64,000 bases of DNA from Chiloscyllium plagiosum. Lineage: Eukaryota. The stretch spans positions 25,294,111 through 25,358,110 of the forward strand of contig NC_057720.1 of NCBI RefSeq assembly GCF_004010195.1, given 5' to 3'. Made by a program: the position numbers and the translations under genes. Under the pieces are notes generated by a model. It was not told the origin of the DNA. It searched no databases and saw only the letters and a program-made list of their open reading frames with translations. Of this stretch, positions 58,596-64,000 are shown piece after piece. The stretch's first letter is position 1, and the number at the start of each line of letters is the position of its first letter.

Positions 58596-60249
58596 ATCTA
58601 GAATGCTATCATCCAGCCCAACATTCCAGTCCACAACTTGTGTTTATCTGCCTCAAGTCTACCACTGGTTTCCCTGTTCACTCACGCTACAGCAAAAGGG
58701 CGCTACATCGTATTACAGGGGTCGAATGGTCTATTTGTACTCCTATTTTGTAAGTTTTTATATTCCCTGAAATGCTTGTCCCAAACCTGATATGCTTCCC
58801 AATCCTTTAAATGTCACCTGAAAACTAGCTCTTTCACCAAAGCCTCTGATCAAGCCTCCACATTTCCTGCTTCAAGCCTGCCCAAAAGCATTTGGAGACC
58901 TTTCTTACACTGGGAGTGCAACTCTTGGCCAGTCTGGATTGAAATCCCAAACGCAGTTGACAAAAATTCATTACAGGAACAGCTTTCAACAGTCCCCTAA
59001 TGAATCCATAATCCTGCAGTCACTCACTGATTCCCCTCCAGCCACCTCAGAAACACATCATCTGCAAATCAGGTCCCAAAAACAGACTTCCAATAACCAT
59101 TAAAATTTTTTAAAAATAATTTACAAAGTATTGCATAAAAAAATTCTACATAGAGTATATCCATTCACTGTAAATATTAATTGCCACAACCCTAATACAG
59201 CAAACCTGCAGATTTGCAAGTTGTAAAACAGGCCTTGGTTTCCAGCAGCCTCAATTTGCAAACCACCCAAATCACAGCACTTTGTGAACAGGGCAGTTTC
59301 TAAATAAAGCTGTAAGCAATACTGAGGCCTACAATACATACTGTCAGCATGCAGAATTGTGTTCAACCACAGATATGTTTTGTTTTAAAAACATAAACTC
59401 CTGCAAAAGAAGATGATCTTTAAAGGATATTTTTTATCTGCAAAATACCTTTTAAAAGGGTAATATTAATTCACTCCACCTAAACTGCTGCTCTTTCACC
59501 TTCCACTGAATGCACACATTGCCCTATTAAAAAAATCCACTCCATAGCACCACACAGTGGCTTGTATTGAACTAGATTCGACCTTTATACTGCTCGTGGG
59601 AATTGGGATAGAGCCAGAGTGGTTTGGAGGGAACCAATTTGGCAGGGAACCAGTGCGGCAAATAAAAATTCCTTATCCGGATGATGGGATGAACCTTTGC
59701 AATTTAGGAAATGGAAATTAAAGGGCAGGTCCAACTGGCCCTCTTTTTTTTTATCTATTTGCCATTCATGAATGCTTAATAATAGGCCAACTCACCAGAA
59801 TTCAGTTCCTCTTACCAGTCAAGGCAAGCAATTCTAGCCTTGAGGTTCCTAACTGTACATTAGAGGCATGTGCCAGGCAAGGTTTGTACTTCCTAGATTT
59901 TGGAGCTGTTGGTTTTGAGGAATGTTCATCCGTGGCAGGCTACAATTGAGATTGGACGGTTGCAATCTAAGTTGCGAGGGGCTTGGAGGATGACTGAGAG
60001 AGAGAGTTGGATAGTCATGGACACAAGTAAAGAAATGTGGCCAAGGGTGGAAGTCTGTCTGGACAAGCAGAACAGGCTGACCATGGAAAGGGGGTCCAAC
60101 TGTGGAAAGGACAAAATGAAGCTGGGGATATCCTGTCCGACAGACAGAGTTTTGAGAGAAAAGTCTACTGGGGATTTTCCTCAACTCAACCAATACGTAA
60201 GGGCCTTAAATGGCCAATTACTGGCTATTTGACATGTGACATGTGAAGA

Positions 60250-60655
60250 GAGACTGGATTGTTTAGGATCATATTCACTGGAGTTGAGAAGAATTCACAG
60301 AGACCCATAAAAACCTAACAGGACTGGACTGGATAAATGCAGGAAGGATTTACCTGATGACCAGGGAGCACAGAACAATGGGTTACAGTCTAAAGATACG
60401 GGGTAGGCCACTTCGGACTGAGCTGAGGTGAAATATCTTCACTCAGAGAGTGATGAGCCTGTGAAATTCTTTGTCACAGAAAATGGTTGAGACCAAACCA
60501 TTCAAGAAGGAAATAGTAATAATTCTTAAGTGAAAAAGGAATCAAAGGATATAGGGAGAAAGCGGATACTGATCAACCATGATCATATGTTATTAAGGAG
60601 CAAGCTCAAAGGGCTAAACGGCCTACTCCTGCTCCTATTTTCTATATTTCTATGT
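60250..60655 (+). mobile_element. Older CR1-type 3' end
   Basis: ttcactcagagagtgatgagcctgtg...ggcctactcctgctcc. Confidence 0.65.
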
Positions 60656-60957
60656 GAAGTGGATGACAGAAGTTTCTAACTGGGAAACTCTGATGACAAA
60701 AGTTTCTAACTTGGATACTAAAGCTGGGGAGAAGTTTCCAATTGCCCCAGTCTCCGTGAAATTGGAGACATGGATAGGGAGTAAGGATTGGCTTCTGAAA
60801 AGCCACCCAGTTCACTTGATTCTAATTCCCTATACGCCGTCTCTATCTGTGACACTCATCTTCCCACTGCCCCCCAGGCAGTTCTTAAGAGACCTGTGCC
60901 TTTGAGGCCTGTGATCAAGTGAAATCCTGTCCTTGCTTGCCTGTCTTCTTAGTGAGT

Positions 60958-61049
60958 CATAAAATGTGGTGCTGGAAAAGCACAGCCAGTCAGGCAGCAT
61001 CTGAGGAGCAGGGGAGTCGACATTTTAAGCATAAGCTTTTAATCAGGAA
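60958..61049 (-). mobile_element. Family-A mini insertion with a decayed hammerhead and 16-bp TSD
   Basis: tgtcttcttag(t/c)gagt at 60942 and 61050. Confidence 0.8.
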
Positions 61050-61402
61050 TGTCTTCTTAGCGAGTTGACTGGTGACTGATTAGGTGAGTTATTTCGTGGC
61101 AGTGGGAGTTGGATCACATATTTGTCACACTTAACATGCTCATCTACACACCTTTTCAAAAAAGTTCTTTACAAATCCCATGATCAGATACATTTGTTAC
61201 TTGTACTGAAAACTGGAATTCTTAACTTGGTTATATCCTTATGCATTTTAAAAATTTGTTCATGGGATATGAACATCACTGTCCTTCCCTAATCACCTTC
61301 TTGAACTGCTGTGGTCATAGACTCATGCAGTATGGAAGCAGACCTTTTGGTCCAACTTATTTGTGCTGACCAGATATCCTAAACTGATTTAGTCTCATTT
61401 TT

Positions 61403-61738
61403 TTCATTCATGGGATGAGGGCATCACCAGCTAGGCCAGTATTTATTGCCCAACCCCAGAGTCCACCACATTGCTGTGAGTCTAGAGACACATGTAGGCC
61501 AGACCAAGTAAGGATGGCAGCTTCCTTCCCTAATGGACATTAGTGAACAAATGACATTTTTCCCGACAATCAACAATGGATTCCAAGTCATCATCAGACC
61601 TTAATTACAGATTTTTTTCGCAATTCAATTCAAATTCCACCACATGCCGTAGCAGGATTTGAACTCAGGTTCCCGGAGCGTCACATAGGTCTCTGGATTA
61701 ACAGCCCAGTGATAACACCTCTAGGCCATCACCTCCCC
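61403..61738 (-). mobile_element. tRNA-derived SINE of a second family, nested in a CR1 tail (~61315-61850)
   Basis: Reverse-strand tggcctagagg / gagttcaaatcc boxes; related to ~41405-41735. Confidence 0.65.
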
Positions 61739-63107
61739 TGCACTGTGTCCATATCCCTCTAAACCCTTCCTATTCATGTAACCATCCAGATGTTATAATT
61801 AAATGTTGAATTGTACCCTTCTCCAGCACTTCCTCTGGCAGCTCATTCTGGCTGGTATAATTACAACATTTAATTTTAACATCTGGTTCATTACATGTAT
61901 AGGAAGAGTTTAGAAGGATATGGTTCATTGGTGTGGACTTATGGGGCCAAATGGTGTATTTCCTCACTGTAATCTAATTGGCCATTCATTACTGGACACA
62001 GAATAGGTATTCCAGGGACACTGGCATAGAGAATGCCTGCAATGGGACAGGGCATCTGTCCTGAACCGTAATGCTAAACTGAAACACATTTTTGTTTTTT
62101 GCTTTTTCTTTTTTGTGTAGCCTTCACCAGTTGTTTTAAAGACCACTTTTTAGTTTACTAAAGATCTGATTGGTGGAGCGTATATGGTGTTACACCCATA
62201 CGTACCTGAATTCTGTACATATAATTCATACACTGAGGTAAAACTGGTTTTTGTACTGAAGAAGCTCAAGTTCTCAAACCCCCTACTGAGTGTCCATTTT
62301 CTACCTAGCTTCCAGTAGTCTTCAGGAGAACAGAGATTCCATCTTGTATAAATGCCTTACACAGTTCAGTTAGGAGTTGTTCTACTCTCAGGAATATTAA
62401 ATGCAAAGTTGCGTCTCTATCCGCAGTTTGAATGTTCATCATATCTAGAACAGTCCGATGCAGTAAACTTGCATTGCAGCATATAAATTAACAATCAAAG
62501 TCTCCAAAAATCCTTCCAAAAGCAAATCTTGAATTATGTTGAGTTTAAAGACTAGCTGCTATTTTGAAATGGGAAAAAAATGAAGAATACTAGCAGGTCA
62601 TATTAAATTATTAGATTATTAAACAACATATTTGTACAAAGACTCCTTTAATCATAATCAGAACATTCTTAAAAATAAATGAAATTTATTGTCTTTGTTA
62701 TTCAACACACAGTTCATTGTGTTCATTTTGAGTCAGTTTACTAGTGGTACCATTGTAAGGTTCCCACACCAGATCAGATCCAGCACTTTATTCAGAATTG
62801 CCCCTCTGCAATAAATCATCTTCCTCTCCATCCATTGAATTGGCTATTCTGTACTCTTTGAAAGCTGGGATGATGCTTGTTACACAAATAGCAGCCCACA
62901 ATACATAACTGAATCAGAGAAAACATTTTGTGGGGAACATACACAATTCTGCTCCTTGTGAAGATTTTCTTTTTCTCTGTCAACTAACCATCTATTCCAT
63001 TCGGTTTGTGAACATGATCATGGAATGACTTATTGAGGCACACATCCAGATGATTTTTCTTTTCACAAGCATGAATTAATCAACTGCACCGAAATACCAC
63101 ATATCAG

Positions 63108-63460
63108 ATTCTTAGATGATTTGACAGGATAGATGCAGAGAGATTGTGGAAGACTCTAGGGCCAGAGGGCATAATCTCAGAATAAGGGGTTGTACATTTA
63201 AGGCACAGATGAGGAGGAATATTTTCTCCCAGAGAGTTGTGAATCTGTGGAATTCTTTACTACAGAGGGCTGTTGAGGCTGGGTCATTAGATCAATCAGC
63301 CCATTGAATAGTGAAGGCTGAGATGGACAGATTATAATCAGTATGGGCTAAGGTTTCTGGGGAACAGGCAGGAAAATGAAATTGGAGTTTATCAGCCATG
63401 ATTTCATTGAATGGCAAAGCAGACTCCTGGACTGTCTTGGCCTACTTCTGTGCCAACCTT
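63108..63460 (+). mobile_element. CR1-type 3' end
   Basis: gggcataatctcagaataagggg...cagagagttgtgaatctgtggaattc. Confidence 0.7.
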
Positions 63461-64000
63461 AAATACATCAACAAATACTTATCAAAGTCGCTTTTTAAAA
63501 AGTAATGTTTTAAGATGTTGCGCAATATTGTGGCAAGTTTTGCTTTCTGTGATCTGTAAATAAATTTTGAGTGAAAGTTCAAAAGAAAGGAAAGCATTTC
63601 TCAAAAACAGGCACAGTTTGTGCCTTTTTCACAAAATGAGTTCAAAGCAGTAACTCTGACCCAAAGTGGTTGTCACTAAAAAGAAAGAGAAAAAATAATT
63701 AAAGGGAAAGAAAGTAAATATGAAATAGCAACCAACTGTACAGTACCAAAATAGCATTCACATTAGGCAACTTGTAAAAAGAAACCACAGCAAAATGAAA
63801 CACTATACTGTGAAATAAACCCCAACTCTGCCAGTCTATAAGAGATATAGTGAACAACACAAAGGGAAGGCCAAGGAATGGGAGATTACAAAGTTGGAGA
63901 ATGTAAGAGAAGACATTCGTGAGAGCCAAGATCAATATCAGGGACAGAAAAGGCATGAATAGGCACATGAATCCTTTACACAGATTTTAGAATTATTTTT

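Noticed and set aside
60662..60720. 30-bp tandem duplication containing CTGATGA (C/D snoRNA or hammerhead?)
   Set aside because: No stem II/GAAA arrangement and no convincing terminal stem; a simple local duplication.

Overview
Repeat-rich vertebrate genomic DNA. HE1-type tRNA/V-SINEs, CR1/HER1-type LINEs and Penelope-like elements point to a shark (elasmobranch); this is an inference. One protein-coding gene can be fully reconstructed: hyi (hydroxypyruvate isomerase), minus strand, 8 coding exons between 45712 and 17823, 849 nt, 282 aa. It has a GC-AG intron 6 and a splice acceptor just upstream of the ATG. Most of the remainder is decayed CR1/L2 LINEs, SINEs and Penelope-like (GIY-YIG) retroelements, plus a ~2.9 kb CpG-rich 22-23 bp minisatellite in intron 4 and one assembly gap. 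The most notable signal is a set of minimal type-I hammerhead ribozyme motifs (CUGANGA-stem II-GAAA-palindromic ACGU/AGCU) in four sequence families. They sit in Penelope-type terminal repeats and occur as fold-back cassettes or ~100-600 bp insertions with 7-16 bp target-site duplications. Two insertions end at the predicted self-cleavage site, and one intact motif lies in sense orientation inside hyi intron 4. Repeat boundaries are approximate; exon, TSD and ribozyme coordinates were counted by hand.
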